Assembly (NCBI GenBank): GCA_043228905.1
Contig: JBHGNT010000006.1
Location: 4,030,001 to 4,094,000 of the forward strand
Length of the DNA stretch: 64,000 nucleotides
Direction of reading: 5' to 3'
Source: Azolla caroliniana
Taxonomy: Eukaryota > Plantae > Polypodiophyta
Part shown: positions 12,693-25,909 of the stretch, piece by piece
How the letters are laid out: each line of letters opens with the position of its first letter
How positions within the stretch are numbered: the first letter of the stretch is position 1
Position numbers and translations under genes: made by a program
Notes under the pieces: model-generated
Seen by the model: only the letters and a program-made list of their open reading frames with translations
Database searches by the model: none
Told to the model about the DNA's origin: nothing

Positions 12693-13758
12693 GGGAAAAG
12701 TACCAGGATACCCCTAGAAGTTCGTCAATTTACCATAATGCCCCTAGAAGTTCCAAATTTACCAAACTACCCCTATGTCCAAAAAAATACACTTTATAAA
12801 AAAATTATACACTCAAATCTACAAGCCATATTTACTAGAATACCCCTAAACCGAAATTTATTTACCATAATGCCACTACATACCTATTTTGACCAATTTA
12901 TACCACTTTATTTTTCAAAATACATCATAAATCAAACTAAATTATCAAAGTTATATTATATATCAAAAATTTCAATTGAAAGGTCACCATAAAATCCAAT
13001 TCTATGAATTTACACCGAGTTATACTGGCTTAATACCATAAAACCCAAATTTGTGATTGAAGTGACCAAAACTTAATCTTAAAACCAAAACATTTGATCA
13101 CGCACCAAATTTTATCATTGGGATACCATTTTGAAGCCAAAATCCATGAATTTGCGAATTCACAAACAATTTGCGGCCAAAATGTTAAACCAAATCTCAC
13201 GAAAAACTTTCTACCAAAATGTCATTTTAAACGAAATCTCACACAACACTTTGCTATTAAAATGCCATCTTAAACCAATTTTGATGATTTTACACTAAAT
13301 TTTGTTAGTAAAATGCAATCACAACTAAATCTCCTCAATTTCAAAAATACTTGCAAACCAAAATTAATTATGATCGAAATGTAATAATTACATGTTAATT
13401 TTGATCCTGTAATTCCAAAAATATCCTCAAAATCAAACATATCTATCGACTCAACAAAATATCTAATAATGCACAATGTAACCCCATATCTTGATGATGA
13501 AGACGATTGATCAACCCAATGAACAAGAAAGAAAAGAAAGACTACATTGATAGTTAGGTACAAAGGACCCAAAGAATCGCTTAAGTAAAGAAATTTGTGT
13601 TTGAAGGGTATTCTGGTAAATAGGGCTTGTATATTTGAGTGTATAATTACTTTATAAAGTGTATTTTTTTGGACATAGGGGTAGTTTGATAAATTTGGAA
13701 CTTCCAGGGGCATTCAGGTAAATAGACGAACTTCCAAGGGTATCCTGGTACTTTTCCC
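12693..13758. mobile_element. Non-autonomous Mutator-like (MULE/MITE) element with ~160-bp TIRs
   Basis: Left end GGGAAAAGTACCAGGATACCC...; right end ...GGGTATCCTGGTACTTTTCCC. The same pseudo-peptide MPLEVPNL.NYPYVQKNTLYK appears on both strands. Flanks ttaaacatt / ttaaactatt resemble a 9-10 bp TSD. Confidence 0.85.
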
Positions 13759-14239
13759 TTAAACTATTCTCAAAAGGTGCTTTTAGTTTTGGCCTTAGAA
13801 GAAGTTAATATATCTTTCTTTCTTTCTTTCAAAAGGTTTTCCTTAATTTTGGGAATATACTATGTCACCATAAATTTGGCTCCTCGTGGCACCTTATAAA
13901 CCACCCTTGTAGAGGTAATTTTATTAGTGCTTTTGCTTCGCAAAAATACATTGACTTAAGCATTAATGAATTACTTGCTTGAAAGATTTCCACGAGGGTC
14001 ATGTTGCACTATGGTTGAAATTTTATATACTCCCTTCCATATATTTCCATTAGGCATCCGCATTAAGTGAATAATATGGAATTCAATTGAACACACTTTC
14101 CAAATATTACGTATGTCACACCATTTCCGTTATTTTTTTTACATGAAAAATCTTCAACATCATTGCATAAATATTCGCTATAAGCAATGGCCATCGTTCT
14201 CCTACTATTACACTTTTTTAGAAGTCACCATCTATATTT

Positions 14240-14980
14240 TTATTTTCCAAAAAAAAAAGCTTCCCATTAATGGCTTGAATCCCATATACAAAACGAGTTA
14301 TGTACACAGTATCTATAGATACTCTATTATTTACAAGTCGCTTTCATGCATATTTGGTTATCATTGTTTAACACCTTAGATAAAAAAAAGGTGGGGCAAT
14401 CGTTTTCCACATATCAACAAACGGTTGCTTGACAAAACCTAATATTTTTCAACAAACATGAAGACACAATTAGCAAGCTTCACAATGTAGATAAACTTTG
14501 ATATCCCCGAAAACAATATGGGTGATTTATTCGACAAGGGGATAGAGCCAATGAGGTAGAGAGAAGCACCATATCGAATGTCCTGATGTGCAGTCCAACA
14601 ATGGTGTGGGTTCCCAATGTGAGATAAATTGTCCTCGTGGCAACTCTTGAGACTTTGAATCTCCCTATAGGTTTTTGAATTACGCACACAAGGATATCGA
14701 TAGATCAATCCATATAGTTGTGTGTGTGTTTCCCCTACCATTTATGACATATGCATTTCCAAATGTTCCACATACCAATTGATGCAAGTTGACCAGGCTT
14801 TCTACACATTTTGTGATCCCCAAATTTGCATACATCCTATTGGCGTCCATGACTAGTGGGTTCTATGCAATATGAGGGCTAAGGAGTATCGTCGTGCACT
14901 CCAGACATCCACACATTCTTTCGAGGAGACCACCATGTAGCATAACCAAATGAAAACGAGCCTTCAATGCTGCGAACCAC
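14240..14980 (-). mobile_element. 5'-truncated degenerate LINE with 18-bp TSD
   Basis: AAGTCACCATCTATATTT at 14222-14239 and 14981-14998. The minus-strand 3' end TAATGGGAAGCTTTTTTTTTTGGAAAATAAAAA resembles the tail of the 7244-8575 LINE. Confidence 0.7.
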
Positions 14981-15819
14981 AAGTCACCATCTATATTTAT
15001 TTTATCTCTTTTTTTATCATAAAGGTCCTATATATGCTCTCGCATCCTTATGGTATGGTGCATGAGATTAATTTTTCATGACATTGCAAAGTTCTTGTTA
15101 TGTTAATATTATGTTCATGGTAATTTGTCATTGAGAATCATCTTCCTATTCTCAGTTAAGTAAACATACTAGCCCCCCTTGTTTTGCTTCTTTGCTATCT
15201 TTGGTTGTCTACTTTTAGTACTTAATAAAAATAAGCAACAACACACATACAAGTCGTACAATGAGAACTTAAGATTTCAGTTAATTTAAGGCTTAAGATG
15301 AGCGGTAAGCGTTTTGAGAGAGAGAGAGAGAGAGTAGAAAGTCATGCGTTTAACCCCTATATTCTACAATGGCATCTAGGAAAATAAGGAAAATATTAGT
15401 GTAATAGAAAGTTTTGAAAGTTGAGTCTCAAACCCCAAACCTAATGCAAATAATTGAACATTGTTCTAATAAGTCATCATATTTCTCACAAATTACCTTA
15501 TATGTTAAGCATGCAAGAAGTAAGTGATATTTATCCTCCACTAGGTTTTCATTGCATACTTTGCATATCTACGTAAGTTGGGTGACAATGACATTATGGC
15601 ATGATGGTAACTCAACATTTAACTCCTATAAGTGAGGTCGATGACTTTGGGAGTAGTAAGATGAGGTTGGATGTGTTTTGACATTTGTAAATTGTATAGT
15701 TGTCAAGTAATCATTGGCTTTCAAATGCTCTAAATCTTCGATGGTCATATTAGTAGTGGGTTTAGATAATTACCTCCATCAAAGTTTACCCCCCCCCCCC
15801 CAATTACCACTTCCACCAT

Positions 15820-16650
15820 TTTTATTTATTTTAAAGTCAAGATTCACCGTGGTATTAATGAAAAGATGCCCAAAGGCTACAAAGTATCCATACAATCTAT
15901 TACAACCCTCCTACCTAGATGAATGGACATGTCTAGTAGCGGAAACCCTCATGCATGGTCTTTTCAAGACAGAGGGCGGAAAAAGCCATCTTGGTGGAGC
16001 ATATCTCCATTTTATTCTGTCCCCAAAATAGGTGAAGACCTCTGCCTTTTTCCAAATTTCTCGAAATTGTTGTTGCTTGCGAAACACAACATCAGGCTCA
16101 CCATGTATTGCCTCATATTGACCTCTTAGAGTATGCAGGAGCATGAACCATATCTCCTTGACTAACTCAACCGCATTCGGTTTGACATTCTGAAATACAC
16201 GCTTACATCTTCTTGCCTTCCATAACATCCAAACTACTAAAGAAGATACAATAGACCAAACCTTGTCTTCTTCCAAACAATGGATTGGTGTAGTATAAGA
16301 GGCCTCCAACACATGTCTTCCATTAGAGAGGAGAAGAAAATCAACACAGTCCCTTTCATAATTCTGTATTTCTTTAGCCAACCTTCCCCATCTCACAAAA
16401 CCCCATGTGTACGCCTGTTTACCATAAATAGGATACAAAATTCTCAACACTCTTTTCCATACTGCTTTAGCTATAGGATATACCCATAAAACATGGTGCA
16501 CCGTTTCATTGGGAAACCCACAATTGTCACATTTTAAATCACGGCAATGCCCCTTCATTCATGACTTCACAAGGGTGTCATAATGTACCAACAACCATCT
16601 TGTCCACCATAATTAAGAGGTATTCTTGTCCAATAATCTTCACATAAATT
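15820..16650 (-). mobile_element. L1-like LINE 3' fragment (zf-RVT)
   Basis: ORF 15911-16558: CDNCGFPNETVHHVLWVYPIAKAVWK and VVWMLWKARRCKRVF, homologous to the 7244 element; A-rich tail near 15820. Confidence 0.85.
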
Positions 16651-16899
16651 ACTTCCTCCACCACTAGCCATTTTACGACTTGGCATATCATAGATGATTG
16701 ATGCAATTGATTACTACATGACAAGGGTGGGCACTAGGTTGATCCATGGATCGAGCATCACTAAGAACACTCTCCATTATTAGATCCATTTGAATGAGTC
16801 TCAATATTAGAAGGACGATTACATCCATTCATCGTCATCAAATTCAAGGAGAGGGTTCTAAAACTCGATAGGGATTTCCTGAGGACAAGGGGTTGTCTC

Positions 16900-17520
16900 T
16901 TAGTACCAATATCAAGGGTTAACATTTGTAATGTAATCCTACAATTTTGACATTATCGAATCTTGCCCTATCATCCTTAATGTTTCCAATCATTTATCTT
17001 CAAGTATCACATACTTCATAGCATCACTTGAGAGGTCCATAGATATTTTAATCTACATCTTTTTTACCATTTAATGATGTTAAGCACCTAACCAAATGAG
17101 AGTCTGAATTTTGCTTTCTTTTTTGTAACTTGCATCCTTCATTTTAAGCTTGTTTTGACAATTTGTGATTAGGCATATTCTTGACTTATGTGATATACTT
17201 GTATACTATTTGAAATGGTTAACAACTCATTGGGCCAAGCACATGTTTATAATAGCACGACAATATAATATGTCGAGAATTTAAGTCCCAATTGTCATCC
17301 CACATTTCCACTGAGTGATATAGCATCATCCCACATTTCCACTGAGTGATATAGCATCATCCCACATTTCCACTCCATAAAGCAACACTTGGACCACCAT
17401 AGCATTGAATAAGACCAATCTCACATCTCAATCATAGTATGAATTTGGTTGCATTGATCCTTAAACATATAATAAGTATTCCAACCCACTTGAATTTTAG
17501 ACTTATAACATGTATTCCAC
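16900..17520. repeat. Degenerate dispersed repeat, also at ~19200-19800 and partly at ~41640
   Basis: Shared blocks aacattt..aatgtaat...aattttgacatt, tgtgatatacttgtatact, aaagcaacacttgga and tttggttgcattgat. Origin unclassified. Confidence 0.7.
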
Positions 17521-17559
17521 CTATTTCTCAATGGGACATCAATGGGAAGATATTTAAAG

Positions 17560-18040
17560 CTTTTGCACCACTTGTATTGGTTCTCTCTTATAATATCTAG
17601 AAGTGGGGTAGTATCTTTGTTTTATACCCTTTATTTATATATTTTCGAGCTCCCATGCTCCAACATTCAAAAAATCCACATGTGAATGTCTTTCAATTTC
17701 ATAACATAGGCCTTCACCCCATGTTGACCATAGAACATGAAAGCATTACACAGTCCAATTATGCAACAACCCCCAATAATGTAAAATTTGGAATAAGATC
17801 TCTAGCTCATCATTTGAACTGTTTTGAATACGCTCATAAAAAGCCTATTGTTGAGGTTTCAAAAACAATAGATAACGCTTGCCAAATCTCTAATAAGTAC
17901 TTCCAAATGATATGAGTTATATGACATTCAATGAAGCTATGTGTATTGTCTTCCAATGGAATGATGCCAAACGAGGATGTACCTAACCCTAATCATTGTT
18001 AATTAAGACTAAACCTAATGGGACCCCACCAATCCTAGGT
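17560..18040 (-). mobile_element. Decayed LINE zf-RVT remnant
   Basis: Minus strand ~17900-17960 reads LEDNTHSFIECHITHIIWK (E..H.F..C....IW motif). Confidence 0.6.
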
Positions 18041-18089
18041 CTCCACATGAATGAATACCTTTGTATGAAATGGAAAATGGCAATGTCAA

Positions 18090-18440
18090 CTACGTTGCAA
18101 TATTTGCCACCACCTATTGTTTGACTTATATACATTTCATACCTTTTCCACTTTAGGTATTTGTTGAGAATCAAACTCAACTTCTCGTGTGTGGGAACAC
18201 AATCTAGCACCCTCAAGTGTGTGAACACCCCACCTCCTTGTATAGTAACCAGTGTGTAATATAAGTTAATATCATACGACACATATTCTTTAAGTAAGTA
18301 AGGCTCGACCCCTCTCTCGAGGGGTCCTTTCAGTGAGAGAACTTAGAGAGAAGGTGACTACATAAGCACCTTATCCTTCTCTTTGTAACCGTTGGCTCAT
18401 TCTTGCTATTGTTATTACAATTTTTTGTATTTTCTTTTGG

Positions 18441-18482
<42 letters not shown>

Positions 18483-18940
18483 ACCCACCCACATATCTCT
18501 TCTGCTGCACAAAATCATCATCGGGTCTTTACATGGTATCAGAGCACTTGGTAGCTTGATTCAAGCCCATCGCCTCGTGTGAGTTGTGTCTAATCTCGTG
18601 TTCAAATAGAACCGGCAATTTAAATAAAGAGAAGAAGAAATTCAACATGAACACTAAGATGGGAAGCACTCTTCCTACAGAGAAACTCAACAAAAACAAA
18701 TTCGCATCTTGGGAGTACAAGATGCACCAATACCTTGTCAGCCAAGGCTATTGGAGTTATGTCGAAAGACCAAACAAAAATCAACCCAACCCAGCACATG
18801 TCGACCATCCAGCTTGGGAGCAAGCAGTGAGTCCATGATCACATGCTCGACTACATCTCAGAGGCCAAAACGCCAAAAGAGGTATGGGGGAACCTCAAGA
18901 AGATATTCGTGGCAAACACAACCGCACGAAAGCTTCTAAT
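18090..18940 (+). mobile_element. Ty1/Copia LTR retrotransposon fragment: 5' LTR, tRNA-iMet PBS and start of gag
   Basis: LTR end ...TTTACA is followed by PBS TGGTATCAGAGC at 18534. Gag-like LPTEKLNKNKFASWEYKMHQYLVSQGYWSYVE and MLDYISEAKTPKEVWGNLKKIF follow. The left LTR boundary is approximate. Confidence 0.85.
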
Positions 18941-19899
18941 AAGCCATTATACTTCTTGCAAATTACCTGATATAACATTGAGCGTGTGAGAAGTAATCAA
19001 TATTCATCATCCACTACGTTTTTATTTCATACCAACTTGCATATGTTTATACTATGGTGACGATGTCATCGTCATACCTCAACATCTAACTTGTGCGAGT
19101 AATTCAAACTAATGGTACGGTTCTTTGAGATCCAAGACTCATGGGGGTAGTAAGATGTGGTAAATATATTCTAGCATTTTTATCTTGTATTGTGGCCAAC
19201 ATCGGGGGTTAACATTTTCAATGTAATATTCAATTTTGACATTTCAATATCCCATATTTATATCCTTAATGCCTATATTAAATTGGCATCAATGATCAAA
19301 TATGTACTTCATAACGTCACCTGAGAGCTTGAATAGATCTTTTATTCCCCATTTTTTTAACCATTTTGTAATGTCAAGCATTCAACCAAATGAAAAGGAT
19401 TTTCCCCTTACTATTTTTTTGTACCTTGCATCCTATATTGTCCAAGCCTATTTTGGCAAAATGTGATTGGGCATACGCTTGACTTTTGTGATATACTTGT
19501 ATACTCTTTGCATGACTGGTACCATTATGGGTTGAGCATCGATTTCAAATAGCATGAACAATTTGTGGATTTTATGCTAAATAGTTTACATAGGAGCAAA
19601 TTTTGATTTTATTTATTTCATTCCAATTTCCATGCACTAAGTGAGATAGTGTTGCCCCATACTTTGATCATTCGTAAAGCAACACTTGGATCATCATGGT
19701 ACTAAATAACATCAACATCACTTCCCATCCTTGAATATCACTTTGGTTGCATTGATTCTCAAACATATAATATTATTCCAACTTACTTGCAGTTTAGACT
19801 CTAATTTATCGATACATAAGCCAAAGAGTGTGGGTGATAGTGGACATCATTGATTGACCCCCATGTTACTTAAAAAGTGCTTGAGAATCCACTATCCAT

Positions 19900-20450
19900 T
19901 TTTAGTTGGCATTTAACTTGTTCATATAGGTGTGCAACAACAACTCAATACTCTAATGGCATGTCAATCTCTACCATTATATTCCAAAGCTCACTTCATG
20001 GTATGATATCAAAAGCTTTCTTGAAATCAACAAAACAACAATAAAGTGTTTTTCCTTGTAGTCGACTCTCTGCCATGATTGCTCTCAATGTGACCAAATG
20101 ATCCCGCTTAGTCTAAATCATACTTGCCCAAGTGCTCTTTCGCTTGTACTTACAACCCATGTGCTTATCTTTTGCTCCATAATAGTGCTATATAATTTAA
20201 CGATAGTTGAGCTCACCATTATTGTATGATAATTTGATACCTAATTCTTATCTCCGGCTTTAAATATTAGTTTAATCCAATAATTTGGAAATCCTTGTTT
20301 TATAGCTTGCTCTATAATTGTCATTATCCAATGACGAGTATGTGACTTTGTCCATTTTAAAAGCTCACTTGAGACGTAAGTTGCATCTGGTGCTTTCCCA
20401 CTCGCCATCTTCTTTATTCCCTTATTGACATCATCAATATCGATACATGT
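19900..20450 (-). mobile_element. RTE-like LINE reverse transcriptase fragment
   Basis: IKKMASGKAPD, FKAGDKN*.SNYHTIMV, DHLVTLRAIMAESR and LYCCFVDFKKAFD, with stops and frameshifts. Confidence 0.85.
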
Positions 20451-20654
20451 AGTGCATGGATGATGGTATTGAGACATAGGGAGAGACACACACGTGCGCG
20501 CGAGCCTACACACTTGGTGGTTGATATTTGAGGGTTTACGGTTCAAACCCACCCCACAAATGACACTTTGAATACGACTTAAAAATAGTGGTGACAAGAC
20601 TCCATTGTAAGAAGTGTTTTCCACACACGTTTGTTAATGTAATTGTGATTTTTC

Positions 20655-20695
<41 letters not shown>

Positions 20696-20731
20696 GGGGC
20701 CACTCATCTCTCAAATTCCCAGAAAGTAAGG

Positions 20732-20754
20732 GCGCCAAATTTTTGGGCGGGAAT
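20732..20754 (-). promoter_or_regulatory. Two E2F-binding consensus sites upstream of RNR1
   Basis: GCGCCAAA (=TTTGGCGC) at 20732-20739 and GCGGGAAT (=ATTCCCGC) at 20747-20754, ~250 bp before the ATG. Plant RNR genes are known E2F targets. Confidence 0.75.
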
Positions 20755-21005
20755 CAGTTGCAGGGTAGACATGGGTTGGGGAGCAGGGTAGACATGTCTG
20801 TCACTCACAATATAACTCTCTATCTATCTAGCTATATTTATCAAGCAGACATTCACGTAGATATATCCAAGCAAACAACCAATTCCATAGATACCTGCAT
20901 GTATATGGATTGATTGAAGAAGGAAAGGAACCATAGCTGTTGCCATTTTGTGGCTGCCATCCGATCCGATCCGATCCACAGTTGGGTTTTGATTGATTGC
21001 CAGTC

Positions 21006-24000
21006 ATGTATGTGCTGAAGCGCGATGGTCGGCAGGAGGCGGTGCACTTTGATAAGATCACGGCGCGGCTCAAGAAGCTGAGCTATGGCCTCAATGCGGA
21101 GCACTGTGACCCTATCCTTGTGTCCCAGAAGGTGTGTGCTGGTGTCTACAAGGGCGTCACCACCAGCCAGCTCGATGAGCTTGCCGCCCAAACCGCGGCT
21201 GCCCTCACTGCCAATCATCCTGATTATGCACTCGTAACATGATTCTCCCTCCCTCCCTCTAATGATCTCTCTCTCTCTCTCTCTCTCCTCTTAATACTTT
21301 AGACATTCCCCTTCTGCTTCTTTTAATTTAAAGCATCGGTTTCTCTTCTTGCCCTCTGTTGCAGCTTGCGGCCCGCATCGTGGTTTCAAACCTCCACAAG
21401 AACACCAAGAAGTCTTTCTCTGAAACGTAAGATCTAATTACGCATTGCGGTTTAACTGATTTGATTTGCTTAGCTCTAAAATTGTTTAGAAAGAGTTCTT
21501 AGTATCTTTGGTGCCTATGATGCCTATGAATTGTGTGAATGGCAGTATCAAAGTGATGTACAATCATGTGGACAAACGATCTAACATTCCATCCCCTTTG
21601 ATCGCTGATGATGTGTATGCCATCGTTATGGAGGTATTCAATTCTCTTAGCTTTTCCTCATTTACTCATGGAAAGATATTTTCCGTTTGATTCCATGCAT
21701 ATCTTCCCTGGAATAGAATGCTACTCGCCTCGACAGTGAAATTATTTACGACAGAGACTTCGACTACGATTACTTTGGTTTCAAAACCCTTGAAAGGTCC
21801 TACTTACTAAAGGTAGATGGAGTTGTCGTGGAGAGGCCTCAGCATATGTTGATGAGGGTATCGATTGGTATCCATCACGACGACATTGAAGCGGCCATTA
21901 AAACATACCACATGATGTCTCAACGATGGTTCACACATGCATCCCCAACTCTGTTCAATGCAGGGACTCGGAGGCCTCAGGTAATCATCAAAATCATGAA
22001 AGAGGGCTCTGTCAACTATTCAGTGTTGGATCTTTTTTGTTTGATTTTGATTTCCATATGAAGTTCCAACTTAGGTTTCTTTGGTGATGTAATGGATATG
22101 GTGCAGCTAAGCAGTTGCTTCTTGCTATGTATGAAAGAGGACAGCATCGAGGGTATATATGACACACTGAAGGAGTGTGCTATAATCAGCAAGTCTGCAG
22201 GAGGGATTGGAGTCTCTATTCACAATATCCGTGCGAAGAGTAGCTACATCCGTGGGACAAATGGGGCATCGAATGGAATCATCCCAATGCTTCGAGTGTT
22301 CAATGACACTGCCCGATATGTAGACCAGGGTGGAGGCAAAAGAAAGGGTGAGCTCTTCTTTGTCATTCCTTAAGATTATGAGTTTTTCATGGTCAAATTA
22401 TATATACTTGCTCTCAAGATTGATTTAATGTATGATATACTTAACTGATGCCGTCATGAATCATCATGAAATCAGGTGCGATTGCAATCTACTTAGAGCC
22501 ATGGCATGCTGATATCTTCGACTTTCTGGACCTACGGAAAAACCATGGGAAGGTTTGTATCTCTCATAGATGAACATCTCTGTTGCTTGCCGTGGTATTG
22601 TGGATTAGTTTTGATCCATTTAACAGTGGGGCATTACAGGAGGAAAATAGAGCTCGGGATTTGTTCAATGGGCTATGGATACCTGATTTGTTTATGAAGC
22701 GTGTTCAAGAAAATGGCACATGGTCCTTATTCTGCCCCAATGAAGCACCTGGGTTGGCTGATTGCTGGGGTGAAGCTTTTGAAACGCTTTATGTTCAGTA
22801 TGAATCCGAGGTATTTATTCTTCATTAGGCAAGAATTGAATGCATGCATGTATCCACGTATGTAGTTTTAAATATGTATGTATTGTATAAATAAAAATCT
22901 AATTCTATGGATAAATATGTACGCATATGTGTACTGTTTTATACAAACTATAAACTTAATTTAATTCTCTAATTCTATCTAATGTGCAGGGTAGGGCCAA
23001 GAAAGTAGTGCATGCTCAGAAGCTTTGGTTTGCCATACTGGAGTCACAGGTTGAGACAGGAAATCCTTACGTGCTATTCAAGGTGAGGTGTTAACTTCCC
23101 TATTTCTGAGTATTAGTTAATAAGACAGCCCACAATAATATATGGCCTCATTCAAAATTGTTTCCTTAGGATGCTTGCAATAGGAAAAGTAATCAGCAGC
23201 ACCTAGGAACAATCAAATCCTCCAACCTCTGTACAGAAATAGTGGAGTACACAAGTCCGTCCGAAACAGCTGTCTGTAATTTGGCTTCCATCGCTCTTCC
23301 TCGCTTTGTTCGGGAGAAGGTAATCAACTAGTAGTGATCAGATCGTACTTTTTTTGTTGCAATGTATTTGATTTTCTTTCTCATAACATCAAAGGTTTTT
23401 TTTTTGTTTTGGTTGCAATGTAATAATGTAGGGTGTACCGCTGGAGTCACATCCATCCAAAATGGTTGGCAGCCGTGGCCATCAAAATCGGTATTTCGAC
23501 TTTGAGAAGCTGGGTGAGGTGAATGTCGGCCCTTATTCATCATTTCCATTACCAAGGTTGAATTGATGACCACACCATATGTTTTTGCATAGTAGATGGC
23601 TGATCTTTTTATGGTTAAAAAATGCAGATAACTGGAATTGTTACGCACAACTTGAACAAGATTATCGATGTGAACTTCTATCCTGTCGAAACAGCTAAAC
23701 GTTCTAATATGCGGCATAGGCCGATTGGGATAGGTGTTCAGGGCCTTGCTGATGCATTCATCTTATTGGGCATGGCTTTTGATTCTGAGGAGGTTGGTTT
23801 TGTGAATTCTTTCACAAATCTTTCCATGCATCATCTGTAAAGGAATTAATGCCGATTCGTGCGATCTTTGAATAGGCACAACAATTAAACAGAGACATCT
23901 TCGAGACCATCTATTATCATGCGTTGAAGACTTCATGCGAGTTGGCTATGAAGGACGGTCCGTTTGAGACATACATTGGAAGCCCTATGAGCAAGGTTGG

Positions 24001-25157
24001 GGCTTCATACTTGTAGATACTTTTTGTCTGTGTTGTGATCTTGCATAATTCTATTCTTTATGCTTTTGATAAATCTAAGTTCTTTAATTCAGGGAATCCT
24101 TCAACCTGATATGTGGAATGTTACACCATCCAATAAATGGGACTGGTCTGCTCTCCGGGAGATGATATCTGCGCATGGAGTTCGCAATTCGCTCTTGGTA
24201 GCTCCCATGCCAACTGCTTCAACAAGCCAAATATTGGGCAACAATGAATGCTTTGAACCCTACACCTCTAATATGTATAGTAGGAGAGTACTCAGGTGAG
24301 CGTTTTGTGTATCTTTGGCCCTTAGTGGTTGTGGCGGTTTCCTGTCTACTCTTACAGAATAATACTGTCTTCTCCTCTCTTAACAGTGGTGAATTTGTTG
24401 TCGTCAACAAACATCTTTTGAATGACTTGACTGACATGGGTATTTGGACACTGGATTTGAAGAACTCCATCATTCATTACAATGGTTCTATACAGAGGAT
24501 TCCTGAAATACCCGATTCATTGAAAGCAATCTACAGGTATGTTCGAGGGCTGGATGCTATTTTTGCATCGGTTCCGAGCTTAATTGGCTGAATCGAAGAA
24601 ATTTTCTGGTGTTGTTCATTCTAGAACTGTCTGGGAGATCAAGCAGAGGACAATTGTGGACATGGCTGCAGACCGTGGTGCTTACATTGATCAGAGCCAA
24701 AGTCTCAACATTCATATGGATCAGCCTAACTTTGGGAAGCTAACTTCCTTGCATTTCTACACCTGGTCCAAGGTAAAACAAAAAAGCACTTTATCTTTTC
24801 GGTTCTTTGACTCACACAGAATTTCTTTCTCGGGTTTGCAAAAAGCTGAGAATTAACGAGCGCATTTCCAGGGATTGAAAACTGGGATGTACTATTTGCG
24901 ATCCACAGCTGCCGCAGATGCAATCAAATTCACGGTTGATACCTCTAAGCTTAAGGTATGTTCCGTTTATTTAACACAAAGAAACATAGATTCAAAAATC
25001 AAAATGAAGAACAAAAACTTATTAATCTATCTGAATGCTGTGCGCTGTTTTGCAGGACAAGTTACAGAGAACATCTGTGGATGATGAAGAGCTCAAGATG
25101 TCTCAAATGGTATGTTCTTTCGAAAATAAGGACGATTGTCTCTCGTGTGGAAGTTGA
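21006..25157 (+). CDS. RNR1: Ribonucleoside-diphosphate reductase large subunit (class Ia), ~810 aa, 17 exons
   Basis: Exons 21006-21233, 21365-21426, 21546-21633, 21717-21980, 22107-22347, 22476-22552, 22640-22810, 22990-23082, 23170-23319, 23432-23518, 23628-23792, 23876-23995, 24093-24295, 24387-24536, 24625-24772, 24872-24955, 25056-25157 sum to an open frame. Motifs: ATP cone [37 protein letters not shown] and C-terminal CLSCGS. Confidence 0.98.
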
Positions 25158-25224
25158 CTGAAGGGGAACAACAGATGATTGCAGAGCCACCATATATCAG
25201 TTGAATGATCATAACTGAAAATGT

Positions 25225-25455
25225 ACCATGGCATGACACTTTTTTAAGTGTTTCAAATTTCTGCTAGATTTGAGGAGAACCTAGTTTCTCCTTTGTACTC
25301 TGAATATTTGATCTAGTGTAATCTTTTCATCCAAGTTTACCATGGCATGGCAGCACTTTTAAGTGTTTTAAATTTCTGCGAGAATTGAGGAGAGTTTAGT
25401 CTCTCCTTTGTACTCTGAATATTTGATCCAGTGTAATATTTTCATCCAAGTTTAT
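25225..25455. repeat. ~113-bp tandem duplication in the RNR1 3' region
   Basis: accatggcatg...tctcctttgtactctgaatatttgatc.agtgtaat.ttttcatccaagttta occurs twice. Confidence 0.9.
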
Positions 25456-25909
25456 ACAAACTAAGTATTCATCGTATGTGAATCTAGAACTTCCAATTCT
25501 CAAGCTCAATGATTGTTAACAATGACTTTGTACTAATATTTTATTGTCTTTAACATGCGAGCAAGTTGTTAAATCAGATTGGCACTGGGTCATAACATTA
25601 CTTTCATGATCTATTATTGATTGATTATTGACTTGGAAGACAATAAATAAACACATGGAATAAAATTTTCTCGATCAGCAAAACCAAGTTTCTTAAATTT
25701 TCTTTTATTATGCTGAGATATATACAATTGGTATTGTTTTATTTGAATATACAATGAAACTCTCATACACTATTCTGAATCCAATGGATTGGCTTGTCCC
25801 AAGAGGATAGCAAAATAATCACCATGACAGTCTATATTTTGCTTAGAAACACATAGAGAATGGAATGAATCTCATGTTCAACGATGAATTATACGGAGAT
25901 GTAAAGAAA

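Noticed and set aside
12594-13713. Two paralogous small ORFs on opposite strands
   Set aside because: They are translations of the two TIRs of the Mutator-like element.
21006-25157. Viral or bacterial (HGT) origin of RNR, or a DNA-metabolism cluster with RAD4
   Set aside because: A typical intron-rich eukaryotic RNR1; RAD4 is 26 kb away with unrelated genes between.
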